A stretch of 63,862 bases of DNA, counting the filler, from Octopus bimaculoides (Eukaryota): assembly GCF_001194135.2 (NCBI RefSeq). It is 5 parts of 5 records of this genome, joined end to end, with 100 filler letters (N's around TTAATTAATTAA, not from the genome) between each part and the next. Parts side by side here need not be neighbours in the genome. Positions count along the whole stretch, not along the records: positions 1 to 23,486 come from NW_026357618.1; positions 23,587 to 35,337 come from NC_068999.1; 3 more parts are not named here. One strand, written 5' to 3'. The notes under the pieces are model-generated. The model was not told the origin of the DNA. It was given only the letters and a program-made list of their open reading frames with translations, and searched no databases. Below are positions 15,140 to 28,010 of the stretch, one piece after another. The translations under genes and the position numbers were made by a program. Position 1 is the stretch's first letter. Each line of letters starts with the position of its first letter.

Positions 15140-15375
15140 AGGCGGAGAACTTGCAGAAACGTTAGCAGGCCGGGCGAAATGCTTAGCGGTATTTCGTCTG
15201 TCTTTACGTTCTGAGTTCAAATTCCGCCGAGGTCGACTTAGCCTTTCATCCTTTCGGGGTCGATTAAATAAGTACCAGTTACGCACTAGGGTTGATGAAA
15301 TTGACTTAATCCCTTTGTATGTCCTTGTTTGTCCCCTCTGTGTTTAGCCCCTTGTGGGCAATAAAGAAATAAGAA
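15140..15375 (+). mobile_element. SINE family A
   Basis: ggcggagaacttgcagaaacgttag...gagttcaaattccgccgaggtcgacttagcctttcatcctttcggggtcga. Confidence 0.9.
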
Positions 15376-15829
15376 ATAGATGTGATACTCAACTAGTTAG
15401 GGTTGAGAAGATGAGACCGAGCGGTAGATATGGTGAAGTGATTACAATGTGTCTGTTGATTCTGAAGACTGGTGTTAAGACTATGTAACCAATTGGCCTA
15501 CATTTGGCTGTAGTGCATAAGTCTATCTGTTATGGAATTACACAGTATCCTCTGGTCAACAATATAACATTAGATTCAGAATTCATTCAAGGCTGGGACT
15601 ACGTGCCTTACACAATTCAGGATCACGTCATAAATTCACTGCAACACAATTTCTTTTCTTCAACAGGCCCTGCTCTAGTTAACATTATCCTAAAACAGAT
15701 CAAAGAAGAAAAGATCTTCTGGAGTCTAGATGCTTCACTTAAAAACATCGAGGCGGTGGTCCAGCATGGCTGCCGTCCAGTGACCGAAACAAGTAAACAA
15801 TAAAAGGTATAAATGTTGCTGATAGTACT

Positions 15830-17134
15830 GATAGGTGGTGGTAGTGGTGGTGGTGGTGGTGGGAGCGGATATTGGTGATTGTGATATAGGTGACGAGAGC
15901 GATGTTGTAGGTGGTGGTGATGCCGGGGATGGTGTTAACTGTGTTTGCGTGCTTCTTTAACGCCAGGACGGCATTGAGGTCGTAAAGCTTGAGCCAAAAG
16001 CACTCCAGTTGTGACCATCACGTAGAGTTCAGGTAGTCTTTTTTAGGACTACATTATCGAATGTGATCACATTGTTGCTGAGGTAATGGGAATTTGCGGA
16101 TGGTAGTAGTAGTAGTAGTAGTAATAGTCGAGGTGGTAGTTGTGGTGGTGGTGGTGGTAGTAGTAGTTGTTGTTGTAGTTGTTGCTGAAGGAATAAACAC
16201 GGGAAAGTATTTTGGGAAATTACAATAGAAATAATAACATTAATAATAATAATAACAACAAGGTAATGACTTTGACGATGATGATGATGCTGATAAATAA
16301 AGAAGAAAACGAAGGTGAAGGTTAATAATATCTAGTAATGACTTGTCGATGGGAGTACTTCAGAACACTCGCTGCTCAGTTCTAACGATATGTTAGAGAA
16401 TCCGCCATGTTGTTGTTCACAGGAAATTCCTGACAATTGCAGACAAAGCTAATTCTTGGATATCATCGAACCATTCCAAAGAAAATTCATTAATTAATTT
16501 TGTCTTCTCTTTTGTTAGTTTTGCGCCATTATTTATTTGTCTTACTTTTGTTTTGTTTTTTTCGTTGTTTTGTATTATTTTATCATCTGTTTTTTTTTTC
16601 TAGTTTTTAATTTACATTTCTCTCGTTATTTTTTTTCACGTTCTTCTTCATTCTACTTTCACTTTCGTTTTCCTTCTCCCTCACTGACCTCAAATGTATA
16701 TCACCATTTCTATTGCTATTTATACATTATATGATTACTTGCCTTACAATAAGACGCTGTTGTTAAAAGTTGTTGTTGCTGATGGGATTGTTGTTGTAGT
16801 CATGATTGTGATGGTTGTATTGGTAGTAGTAGTAGTGGTGGTGGCGGTAGCGGATTTTATTGTTGTTGGTGGTGGGGGATGGTATTGGTTTTACTGCTTT
16901 GGTTGGTAATTGTGGAAGTGGATGTTGTGGTGTAAGTGGTTGCGTTTATGGATATTTCTGTTGTTGTAGTTGCGGTGGTAGTTGTGTTTACGCATATGCC
17001 TTTCAGTGAGTTTGTACTTAGGATTGTGGGTCAGTTGTAGTGAGGATTTTCTTTGTTAAATTCGCTGTAGTAAAGTGCTACTGGTCTTATTGATGGTAGT
17101 AGTAGTAGTAGCAGCAGCAGCAGCAGCACTAGTT

Positions 17135-17169
<35 letters not shown>

Positions 17170-17563
17170 TGATACACTGATGGATGTAAACATGCATCAT
17201 ACTATTGTTTCCTTTGCTGTGGCTATGGTGACCTTGTTTGGTGGTGGTGTTGTTGTTGCTTTGGTGATGGTAGTAGTGGTGTTAGTGAAGGCGGTGTAAT
17301 GGAGGTAGAAGTAGTGGTAATTGTGGTGGTGGTGGTAATAATGTTGTTGCTGTTGTTCGTGGTAGTGGCGGTGGTGTTGGTGGTAATAATATTGGCGGTG
17401 GTCGTGGTGGTCATGGTAATAATATTGGTGGTCATGGTAATAATATTGGTGGTGGTGGTGCTGCTGCTGCTGGCGGTGGTGGTGGTGGTGGTTGTGGCGG
17501 TGGTCGTGGTGGTAGTTCTGGTGGTGGTGGTGGTGGTTTGTAATGTTGTTCTTGTCGTTACTG
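15830..17563. repeat. Degenerate (GGT/GTA/GTT)n trinucleotide domain
   Basis: G/T-biased triplet repeats with short unique interruptions. Confidence 0.85.
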
Positions 17564-17959
17564 NNNNNNNNNNNNNNNNNNNNNNNNNNNNNNNNNNNNN
17601 NNNNNNNNNNNNNNNNNNNNNNNNNNNNNNNNNNNNNNNNNNNNNNNNNNNNNNNNNNNNNNNNNNNNNNNNNNNNNNNNNNNNNNNNNNNNNNNNNNNN
17701 NNNNGAGCGCATTTAAAGTAACTTAAACTGTTCGTTTCCTCTCACCGATGAGAATCGTTTCTCCTCTAGTTATTCTCCAGCATCTTTTTTTATGGAACTG
17801 TCTCCTTTTTGTTTCTTCTGATAAATCCGATTCTTTTATTCTTTGAAACCTTGGCTTGATCGGTTTGTGAACCTTTGGAAAGAGCCTCATCGGAAACTTT
17901 TCTCTCGTACTTTCTTTTTTTATAACCATTTACCTTCTATATATATATATATATATATA

Positions 17960-18120
17960 TACGACTGGCTTCTTTCAGTTTCCGTCTACTAAATCCACTC
18001 ACAAGGCTTTGGTCGGCCCGAGACTATAGTGCGAGACACTTGCCCAAAGTGTTACGCAGTGGGACTGAACCCGGGATCACGTGGTTAGTAGGCAAGCTTC
18101 TTACCACAAAGCAACGCCGG
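17960..18120 (-). mobile_element. SINE family C head
   Basis: gactggcttctttcagtttccgtctac...gtgggactgaacccggg..cttcttaccac. Confidence 0.85.
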
Positions 18121-18630
18121 AGATTGATTCTCTTTTAATGAATTACATATAGATAGAGAGAGAGAGATACGGTTAAAATCAAAGTTGTGTCCTCTTGAAT
18201 CACACCTGCTTATTTCAGTACTCGACAATCGTATGTAGATGTTATATTTGTGTGAGATATGCATGAGAGTTGAAAAATACTGGAAAATATTTTTTTGCAG
18301 AGTAATTACATATGAAAACAGGAGATTGCAAAAAATGCTCCGTATTATTTATTGTAAAGTGAAGTTTAGCCTCTAACTACATATTTACCTGCTCTTGAAA
18401 TCTTCTTGTTCAACTATTGAATATTTTAATAAGAATTCTATACAGGTTAGGAAGCGATTGCTTTACATCTACGTGGTTTCGTTTTTAATCCAGCCACACA
18501 GCAACTTGGGCAAGTGTCTACTAGCATAACCCTGGACTGAGCAAAGCATTGTGAGCAAATGTGGTAGGCATTGAAGTGTGTGTGTGTGTGAGGGGTGTGT
18601 ATACACACACACACACACACACACACATAT

Positions 18631-18725
18631 AAACGTTAAAGACTTTCTCTATTCTAGAGCGTTATACTAATGCATCCATTTGTTGTTTACACCACCTTTC
18701 TTCGTCTGTTGTTTTTTCGTGAATT
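18631..18725 (+). mobile_element. Fragment of the same pLTR family, truncated at the hammerhead GAAA
   Basis: aaacgttaaagactttctctattctagagc... resembles the reverse complement of 20215-20295. Confidence 0.45.
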
Positions 18726-18835
<110 letters not shown>

Positions 18836-19197
18836 CTATGAAATTTCAACACATTTTATTGTTTGCAATTTTTAGAATGTTACAATATCATAATAGAATA
18901 TTATATATTTGTTGTGATAAAGCTAGTACTTTCATGAGTTACGTAATCGTCAGGTTTATATCGAAGTAATGTCAGTCGTGTTTCACAATTGACAACTGCA
19001 GTGTAAGGATTAAACTTCCCCTTTAAATACCGTCCCACGGGCTCCTGTAGGCGGAATCTTACGAAATGTGTTTTTACCAATCATTATGTGGCTTAGTTGT
19101 CACGGTTTAGTGAGCGCGCCTAGTTCGAACTGTACTTTGATCAATTAGTATGTGGCTCAAATGTCACGGTCTAGTGAGTGTGCTAACTTGGTCAGTA

Positions 19198-19667
19198 CGA
19201 GGCTTGTTTATTAAAGATTACCCTTGACCTACTTCCCTTTATTGCAGACGAAACTTGTACAGATATATTCATACATGTCTCTACATGTCACTTTGTAAAT
19301 TACAGCTTTCCCCTCGTATTCGCTTGTATTTTACGGCTGCTGAAATGGACTATGATGGAGGCATTTGAATGCAGATCAGTGATCAAGTTCTTATACTTGA
19401 TAGGTCGTGCGCCAAAAGAGACTTTCGATAAGATGAAGTCTTTTGTTGAAGGCGAAACACTTTTTGGATGAACTTATTTCCGAGGTAAAGTCATGGCTCC
19501 AGACGCAACCTACCAACTTCTATAGATGAAGTCTTCACAGCTTCCGAAACTGGTGGGAGAAGTGTGTCCCCATTTGTGGTGGCTATGTAGATAATAATTA
19601 TGCCAAGTTTCGTTCATCCCAGTCCTTGGGAAGTGGGTCAGAGGAAATCTTTAACGAACACCCCTTG
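19198..19667 (+). mobile_element. Internally deleted mariner element
   Basis: TA flanks at 19196-19197 and 19668-19669, about 40-bp imperfect TIRs. Transposase N-terminus MMEAFECRSVIKFLYLIGRAPKETFDKMK (from 19352) is joined to a C-terminus DELISEVKSWLQTQPTNFYR..WWEKCV..GGYV. Confidence 0.85.
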
Positions 19668-19910
19668 TATTTATCCCGCTTTTTAAAACGAAATATTTTG
19701 GTCAACCGGTGTGCGGCTTAGACGTCACGGTTTGGTGGGCACGTCAAGGATTCTTTACCTTGACCACTCCTATCTATCTATCTATCTATATATATGTTTG
19801 GTTATTTCTTTATATATACATACTTATAAATATATACATATTTATATAAATATAAATATATTTCTAAACATGCATACATCCCTCTCTCTCTCTCTTTCTC
19901 TCTCTCTCTT

Positions 19911-20017
<107 letters not shown>

Positions 20018-20214
20018 TTAAAAGAAGAAATGAAAATGGAGATTAGGAAGTTAATAATTGTTTATTATTAAAAACAATTTGGTTATCTTCTTTTGGATAA
20101 AACCATCCCTTCATGAGGTTAACACATCCTCTAATTAAACATATATTTATATATATATATCTATATATATATACATATATATGTGTGTGTGTGTGTGTGT
20201 GTGGCAAAACTAAT

Positions 20215-20350
20215 TTAAATAAAAGACGAGGCAAAATAGCAAACAGGGTGTAATAGATTTATGCTCTAGAAAAGTCAGAGGTCTTTTTACGTTTCGAGCC
20301 GACGCTCCTCTACGGAAAGATTAGACGAAGAGAGGAGGGAAACAGGAGAA
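20215..20350 (-). mobile_element. Penelope-like pLTR relic with degenerate hammerhead
   Basis: Minus strand cttt-ccgtaga-g-gagc-gtcg-gctc-gaaa-cg-ta, followed by aaaagac...ttctagagc, which is shared with 18631. Confidence 0.5.
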
Positions 20351-21805
20351 AGACCAAAACAAACGTGTCTGAATTAGGATGGACACTGCATTATATTCTC
20401 GTCAGTAAAGCGAGCGAGTTCCTAAATGAAATCGCTTATATTGAGGATTGAACCTGGTCTCTAGTTTCTGTTCTATACATATAAGCTCTATCGCTTGTAT
20501 ATTCTAACGAACTTTTCATAGCTGATCACCGGAACACACACACCTGACAGGTGTGTTATTTGTGTGTGTCTGTATTTATATATCTCTCGTATCGCTGTTT
20601 CCTATTTGCGTCCCGTAAATGTATTTGCTTCATCCAACATCCTTTCTACCCCTCTCCCCTCTCTCTTTGTCTTATTCTGTTCGTATATATACACACACAC
20701 ATACACACACGCATGCACGCACACACAAACACACTCTCCTTTATCTCACTTCGTCTCCAATTACCGTCCATTTCTTTGTCTTACTTTTAATTGCCTCATT
20801 CTATATCTGCTTTACTATTCTACTTCCTCTCGTTTCCTTCTCTTTATTTATATATCTATCTCTCTCCTTGTCCTCTCTCTCTCTTTGTCCTCTCTCTCCT
20901 CTCTCTCTCTCTTTCTCTCCCACCTCTCTTTCTCATAGTCTTCCAGCGATCTTCTTCTTCGTCTTTCCCTTCTCTTAATGCCTCCTTCACACCCAATCTC
21001 TATCTCTAAATTCTATTCCTCCTCCTCTCTCTGTCTCTCCTTCTTCCTCTCTCATACTATTTCCCCTACAAACATTGACTGTGTTCTTTTGTTCGCTTCA
21101 TTTCTGCTGGAATATCTCCATGGCTGTATTCGCTTCTGCTCTCTTCTGCATTATTCCATGTATGCATCGTAGCTTTGTATGTTGTAACAAATATACATGG
21201 CGTAATGTGTAGCCGTTGTAGTTGTTGTTGCTTTTGTTACAGTTTCAGGTAGTGTTGTTGCTACTGCTGTTGTTAATTTTGCTGTAGTTGCTACTACTAC
21301 TTCTGTTGTTGCTATTGTCTCTGCTGTTGGTATTGTTGCATCAGATGTTTTTTTTTTTAATTATTCCTGGAGTTGTTTGCAACCACTGTTTTCATTGCTG
21401 GTTCTTCTTTTACCATAGAAGCAGAATGGTAGAAAATCAGCACCCATGACCCTTTACGTGGCCACCAACTTTACTAGGAGAAGGATAGAATTTTATCCCG
21501 AGATCAGACACTTGATATGAATACTTGTAACAAAGTAATTTCGCCAAGGGCCCCACACAAAAATCTGTGATGATATTAGCCTGGACTACAGGTTCAGTTT
21601 ACTATCTAAGACTCCAAGGATTAAAATTCTGGAATAAATATCATAAAGTATTTTGGTAGACGTCCAAAGAATTTCGCCAATCCGCCTTTGAACTCTAGTT
21701 CTTTCATTTCTAGACATTTCGTTGCTGAAGGTTGTTGTATATATAAAATGTGTATTGGTTTCACATTTTGGCACAAGGCCGGCAAGTTTGGGGAAGGAGG
21801 TAAGG

Positions 21806-21838
<33 letters not shown>

Positions 21839-21857
21839 TATAGCTGTATCTATGTAC

Positions 21858-22022
21858 AGGACAGGCTTCTTCCAGATTCTGTCTACCAGATCCACTAACA
21901 AGGCTTTGGTCGGTCCGAGGCTATAGTAGAAGACACTTGCCCAAGGTGCCATGCAATGGGACTGAACCAGGAACCATGTGCTTGGGAAGCAAGTTTCTTA
22001 TTGTACAATCACAACTGCTCCT
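21858..22022 (-). mobile_element. SINE family C head
   Basis: Same head sequence, abutting (TA)n. Confidence 0.85.
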
Positions 22023-22395
22023 ACGTGCTAACGATTCTGCCAGCTCGCCGTTTTATTACATGAGAGAAATATAAAGAAAAACAGCGACGATATTCAACCG
22101 GAAGACGCACTAAATTTATCCTAAATATAAGATACACGTCAAGAAAGTTCGTATTGGGGGATTGAACGCTGAGCACAAAGATTCAAAACAAAACCGCAAA
22201 GCATCTATACACACATTCTAACAATTCTGCAATTCCGTATTACGTTTTCATCGAACCCTGGACGGATGAAAAGCAGAATTAGATGTGGTAGGATTTGAAA
22301 TCGGAAGGCAAGAAGCTACGGTCAATCCAAGTTAGGCCGAAACACAAACGACCTTGCCTATTTACAGCTTACATATATACATCCTTGTCTGCTGC

Positions 22396-22473
<78 letters not shown>

Positions 22474-22699
22474 TATAAATGTTTGCTTTTGTGTCTTAAA
22501 TAGTTTGTGTTGAAAAAGCAGTGTATGCATGAATGTGTTTTGGTGTATATGTGTGTATTTAGTACGTCCGCATATGTGTTTGTGAAGACAAGCTGTTGTT
22601 TGTCGACTGATCATTGGGCTAAATGCGGTTCTCAGTGTTCTTTACTACATATATATATAAATTAGGAAGTTCATTATCTACGCACTTCTGCACACACAC

Positions 22700-22758
<59 letters not shown>

Positions 22759-22855
22759 TATGCGTGTGTGTTTCTGTGTGTTTCTGTGTGTACGTTTGCG
22801 TGGTCATGTTTTGATGTGCGTGTGCCCCCACACGTCTGTGTATATATATATACAC

Positions 22856-22898
<43 letters not shown>

Positions 22899-22947
22899 TA
22901 AGATAGATAGATATACATATATGCAAATATATATATTTATATACATG

Positions 22948-22999
<52 letters not shown>

Positions 23000-23440
23000 C
23001 ATATACACATACACACATATGTATATATATGTATACATACATGTATATATATATATGTGTATAAATGTATATATGTATACATGTATACATACATATATAT
23101 GTATATACATATGCATACATACATACATACATAAACACAAACACATATATATATACGTACACACAAGCGCAACACATCTTTCTCTATATGGAAGCATCTC
23201 CGTTTGTGCGTGTGTGTGTGTTGTGAGTGTGCTTGTGAGTGTATACTAATTAGAAAGCCGACCCTCTTATGTATGTGTATATACGCAGTGGTATGTATGC
23301 GAAATGATATTACGATAGGCATGTATGCGTGTGAGTAAATAAGCATGTTGCTAAGCATGTACACATATATATATATATTTATATATATCTCTATCTATCT
23401 GTCTCTGTGTATATATATATATATATATACATATATACAT

Positions 23441-23486
<46 letters not shown>

Positions 23487-23586
23487 NNNNNNNNNNNNNN
23501 NNNNNNNNNNNNNNNNNNNNNNNNNNNNNNTTAATTAATTAANNNNNNNNNNNNNNNNNNNNNNNNNNNNNNNNNNNNNNNNNNNN
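23487..23586. other. Artificial scaffold spacer N44-TTAATTAATTAA-N44
   Basis: The identical 12-mer, with stops in all six frames, is embedded in N runs four times. Confidence 0.9.
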
Positions 23587-25198
23587 GGCGGCGGTGATGA
23601 TAGTAGTGTGATAGTGATGATGGTGGTGGTGGTGGTGGTGATGCTGGTAGCGGTGGTGGTGATAGTATTGGTTGTGGTAGTCGTGGTGATGGTGGTGGTG
23701 GTTGTTGTTGACGGTGTTGTTGACGGTTGGCATAGTGATGGCTCTGGTGGTGGTATGGTTTGTGGTGGTTGTAGTAGCAGTGGTGCTGTTCCTGTTATTG
23801 TGCTGGTTTGTGTGACAGCAATGGTGGTGGTGGTGGTTTTGGTGTTTGTAGTGATAGTACTGGTGGTTTTGGTGCTAGTTTCGGGGGGTAGTGTTGGCGT
23901 TGGTGGCGGTACGGGAACCGATGAGGGTATAATATGCGATTGTAATTTTCTGGGAAGGGGTGGGTGTGCTGGTGGTGCTAATTGTGTAATGGCGTTTGAA
24001 TTGTAGTTGACTGACGGTGGTGGTGGGGAGGTGATGGGCGGAGAGAATGAATGTGGTGGTTGTGGTGGTGACGTGTGACTTCCTAACGGTGGTGGTGGTG
24101 GGGCGAATTCGTAGTGCTGGTGCTATTACTGATGGTATTGATCGTGGTGATCATGATGATGGCGGTGATGGTAGAAGTTGTAGTGAGGGGTGGGTGTAGT
24201 AATAAATATGACGAGGCGGTGATGATGATGATGATGATGACGAGCTCATGGTGATAGTGGTGTTGATGGTCATTGTAAGGGTTCTAATAGTGGTGATAAT
24301 GATGATGGTGGCGTAGGGGGAGGCATCAATTCGTGGCAGTGCGAAGGTGGTGGTAGTGGCACTGGCGAAGGTACTCGTTGTGACTATCATTATGCGACAG
24401 ATATTAAAAGAGGTGATGCCGTGTTTTTAGTGACATTGATGAGATGTCAAGTGTGAGGATAATAACAAGAAAACAGTGATTGAGAAACCGAGAGCAGTGT
24501 TAGTTCGGGGTTAGAGCGCATCTCTGGTGACAGTACCGGTGGTAGAGAGTATTTATGGTGATAGCATCTGTGTTTGAGAGTATTTGCGGACAGTATCGAT
24601 GATAGAGAGTATCTATACAGAGTACTGAGTACGGTTGTCACAGGGGCCGTGCGGCTACTGCTGACATTGGTAGCGGCACAATGCTGGTGTAAGGAATTGA
24701 AGGAGGTAGCTGTGGGGTGGTATATAAATGGGTAGAGCTGCTGATGAGGGGTGGGTTTTAATCATCATGGCGGTGGTGAAGTTGGTGCCGGTGATTGTGT
24801 TAGTTTTGCTGCTGTAGTTGTTGTTATTTTTCTTGTTGTTGTTGTTGGTGGTGGTAGTGGTGGTGGTAGTGCAGGTAGACATTGGATTTGTTACTGTTGT
24901 AGTTGTTGGTGTTTGCTGGTGTTTCGGCGGTGATGGCGACGGGGTGGAGTTGGTAGTGTTCTTGTCGTTGTTAATAGTAATGTTGGTGGTGAGATTGTTG
25001 TTGTTGTTGGTGACACTGTTGGTGACGGTGGGGTCTGATGACGGCGGTGTTGGTGTTGATGGTTGGTTGTGGTGCAGGTGGTAGTAGTGGTGGTGACAGT
25101 GGTGCTGCTGTTGAACATGGTGGTGGTGACATTAGCGATAGTGATGTTCTTGTTGTAGTCGGTGGTGGCGATAATGGTGGCAGTGGTGTTGGTGGTGG

Positions 25199-25231
<33 letters not shown>

Positions 25232-25761
25232 TGGTAGTGTTAACGGTGGTGGTGATGATGATGATGGTAATCATGGTGGTGGTGTTGATGATTGTGGTAG
25301 TGCAAATGGTAGTGATGTAGTGATGGTGGTAGTGGTGTTGATGGTTGTTGGTAGTGGTGATGATGGTGGTGGTGTTGATGGTTGTGGTAGTGGTGATGAT
25401 AGTGGTCGTGTTGATGATGGTGGTGGTGGTGGTGGTGATGGTAGAAATGACGCTGTTGACGGTGGTGGGGTTGATGGTGTTGTGACAATGGCACAGGTGA
25501 CGATGATGGCAGTGGGAGTATTGCACGATCAGATGCTGTCGAAGTGGCGTCGGCTGCGAATGATGGCAATGATGGCGGTGACGGTGGAGGCGGTGGATGT
25601 GGGTCGGAGGTGACGTTGGTGGTCGTGGAAAATGGAGGTGGCGGTGCCAGTGGCGGGAGGTGGGGGCGGGGGGGCTGCACACGAATTTGGACGTCAGCAT
25701 ATCAGACGGTGTAACTGTGCAATAAGTAATCAAAAGAAAATGTTTGTTGGTGGTTGCGGCG
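23587..25761. repeat. Degenerate (GGT/GAT/GTT)n domain, about 2.2 kb
   Basis: Strong G/T strand bias and long triplet-phase runs. Confidence 0.85.
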
Positions 25762-26899
25762 NNNNNNNNNNNNNNNNNNNNNNNNNNNNNNNNNNNNNNN
25801 NNNNNNNNNNNNNNNNNNNNNNNNNNNNNNNNNNNNNNNNNNNNNNNNNNNNNNNNNNNNNNNNNNNNNNNNNNNNNNNNNNNNNNNNNNNNNNNNNNNN
25901 NNNNNNNNNNNNNNNNNNNNNNNNNNNNNNNNNNNNNNNNNNNNNNNNNNNNNNNNNNNNNNNNNNNNNNNNNNNNNNNNNNNNNNNNNNNNNNNNNNNN
26001 NNNNNNNNNNNNNNNNNNNNNNNNNNNNNNNNNNNNNNNNNNNNNNNNNNNNNNNNNNNNNNNNNNNNNNNNNNNNNNNNNNNNNNNNNNNNNNNNNNNN
26101 NNNNNNNNNNNNNNNNNNNNNNNNNNNNNNNNNNNNNNNNNNNNNNNNNNNNNNNNNNNNNNNNNNNNNNNNNNNNNNNNNNNNNNNNNNNNNNNNNNNN
26201 NNNNNNNNNNNNNNNNNNNNNNNNNNNNNNNNNNNNNNNNNNNNNNNNNNNNNNNNNNNNNNNNNNNNNNNNNNNNNNNNNNNNNNNNNNNNNNNNNNNN
26301 NNNNNNNNNNNNNNNNNNNNNNNNNNNNNNNNNNNNNNNNNNNNNNNNNNNNNNNNNNNNNNNNNNNNNNNNNNNNNNNNNNNNNNNNNNNNNNNNNNNN
26401 NNNNNNNNNNNNNNNNNNNNNNNNNNNNNNNNNNNNNNNNNNNNNNNNNNNNNNNNNNNNNNNNNNNNNNNNNNNNNNNNNNNNNNNNNNNNNNNNNNNN
26501 NNNNNNNNNNNNNNNNNNNNNNNNNNNNNNNNNNNNNNNNNNNNNNNNNNNNNNNNNNNNNNNNNNNNNNNNNNNNNNNNNNNNNNNNNNNNNNNNNNNN
26601 NNNNNNNNNNNNNNNNNNNNNNNNNNNNNNNNNNNNNNNNNNNNNNTCTGGTCATTATTTCACAGAACGGACAATTTAGACTGTAGATTGGTGACATTTA
26701 TTTCCGTGTTAAATATATAGCACCATTATTTAAGTTCTGACATTGCAACACCGAAAAGTACGTAATTCTTGAAGCGTGACGGCTAATTTGTTACTCCATT
26801 AGTTTCTATATATATATATATTTGAAGAATCGGGTTTCAAATTCAGCGCTCGTTCTTCAACTTCATATTTGTTTTTTTGTCTGTTTGGAAAGAGAAAGT

Positions 26900-27068
26900 T
26901 TTGTACCTTGGGGCCGAAAATTTCTCAAGGATTTCAAGGGCAGCCTGCGATATCGGCACGGCTAACAAAAAGTGACCTCTTGAATTTTTAAGTAGTGCAG
27001 TCAGCCAGGAGATGAATTCTATCTCAGGCAGTCTGTTTCTCGAAGAACTTTGCCCAGGCCTGGACTAG
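26900..27068. mobile_element. Possible hAT-type element end
   Basis: ctttgcccaggcctg followed by GACTAGAG resembles a hAT/Charlie terminus and target. No matching second end found. Confidence 0.3.
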
Positions 27069-27214
27069 AGTATAACCCTTCAGATGACGGGTAAATTTAT
27101 CACGGTGTATTTCTACCACTATTGGTAATATCAGGAGATACGACATACATAAAATATTGTATCAGATTACTTGGTGCTTTCACAAATTGATGAAAGAAAA
27201 CTATTTATTATAGA

Positions 27215-27530
27215 CGTAAGCGTGGCTGTGTCGTAAGAACCGCGCTTCCCAACCACATGGTCCCGGGTTCAGTTCCACTCCTTAGAATCTTGGGCAGCTA
27301 TCTCTTACTATAACCTCGGGTTGACCAATGGTTCGTGAGTGGATTTGACAGACGGAAACTGAAAGAAACCCGCCACACATATATACATACACACACACGT
27401 ATATCTATATATACATATATACACACATGTAAAAGTGCGTGTGTCTTTGCGTCTGTGTTTGTGCCATACCTCATACCCTCGTAACTTAACGATTCGGGTA
27501 AGAGACCGATAGAGTTATTACCAGATTTAA
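27215..27530 (+). mobile_element. SINE family C
   Basis: gcgtggctgtgtcgtaagaa...gacggaaactgaaagaaacccg, microsatellite, then gtaacttaacgattcgg. Confidence 0.8.
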
Positions 27531-27589
27531 AACATAAACGCTTACCTTAAAATAAAATAAAATTATGCAACTTTCTCTTTATAAACCTA

Positions 27590-27731
27590 AGCAGCAATTC
27601 TTTCGGCTCTTTGTGCTCTGAGTTCGAATTCCGCCAAGGTCAGTTTTTGCCTTCGACTTTCTCGGTGGTCGATGCAATCGGTTAACCACCTGCCCCAAAA
27701 ATTGCTCGTGCTGTGCCATAAAATTTGAAAC

Positions 27732-27791
<60 letters not shown>

Positions 27792-28010
27792 GTAGGGCGG
27801 CAGAGCTGGCAGAATCGTTAGCACGCCGCGCAAAATGCTTAGCGGCATTTCGTCCATCTTTATGTTCTGAGTTCAAATTCCGCCGAGGTCGACTTTGACT
27901 TTCATCCCTTCGGGGTCGATAAAATAAACGCCATTTAAGTACTGGGGTCTTTGTAATCGACTTGTACTCACCCCGGAAATTGCCGATCTTGGGCCAAAAG
28001 CTGAAGCTAA
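27590..28010 (+). mobile_element. Two tandem family A SINEs separated by (ATT)n
   Basis: Decayed copy 27590-27735 ends in tttgaaaccattatt, (ATT)n runs to 27790, then a well-preserved copy at 27796-28010. Confidence 0.8.

Noticed and set aside
17723-17929. 68-aa basic ORF next to a gap
   Set aside because: No recognisable motif, purine-rich low complexity, and truncated context.
26900-27065. Minus-strand exon EIEFISWLTALLKNSRGHFLLAVPISQAALEILEKFSAQ
   Set aside because: No polypyrimidine acceptor, and its start coincides with a hAT-like terminus.
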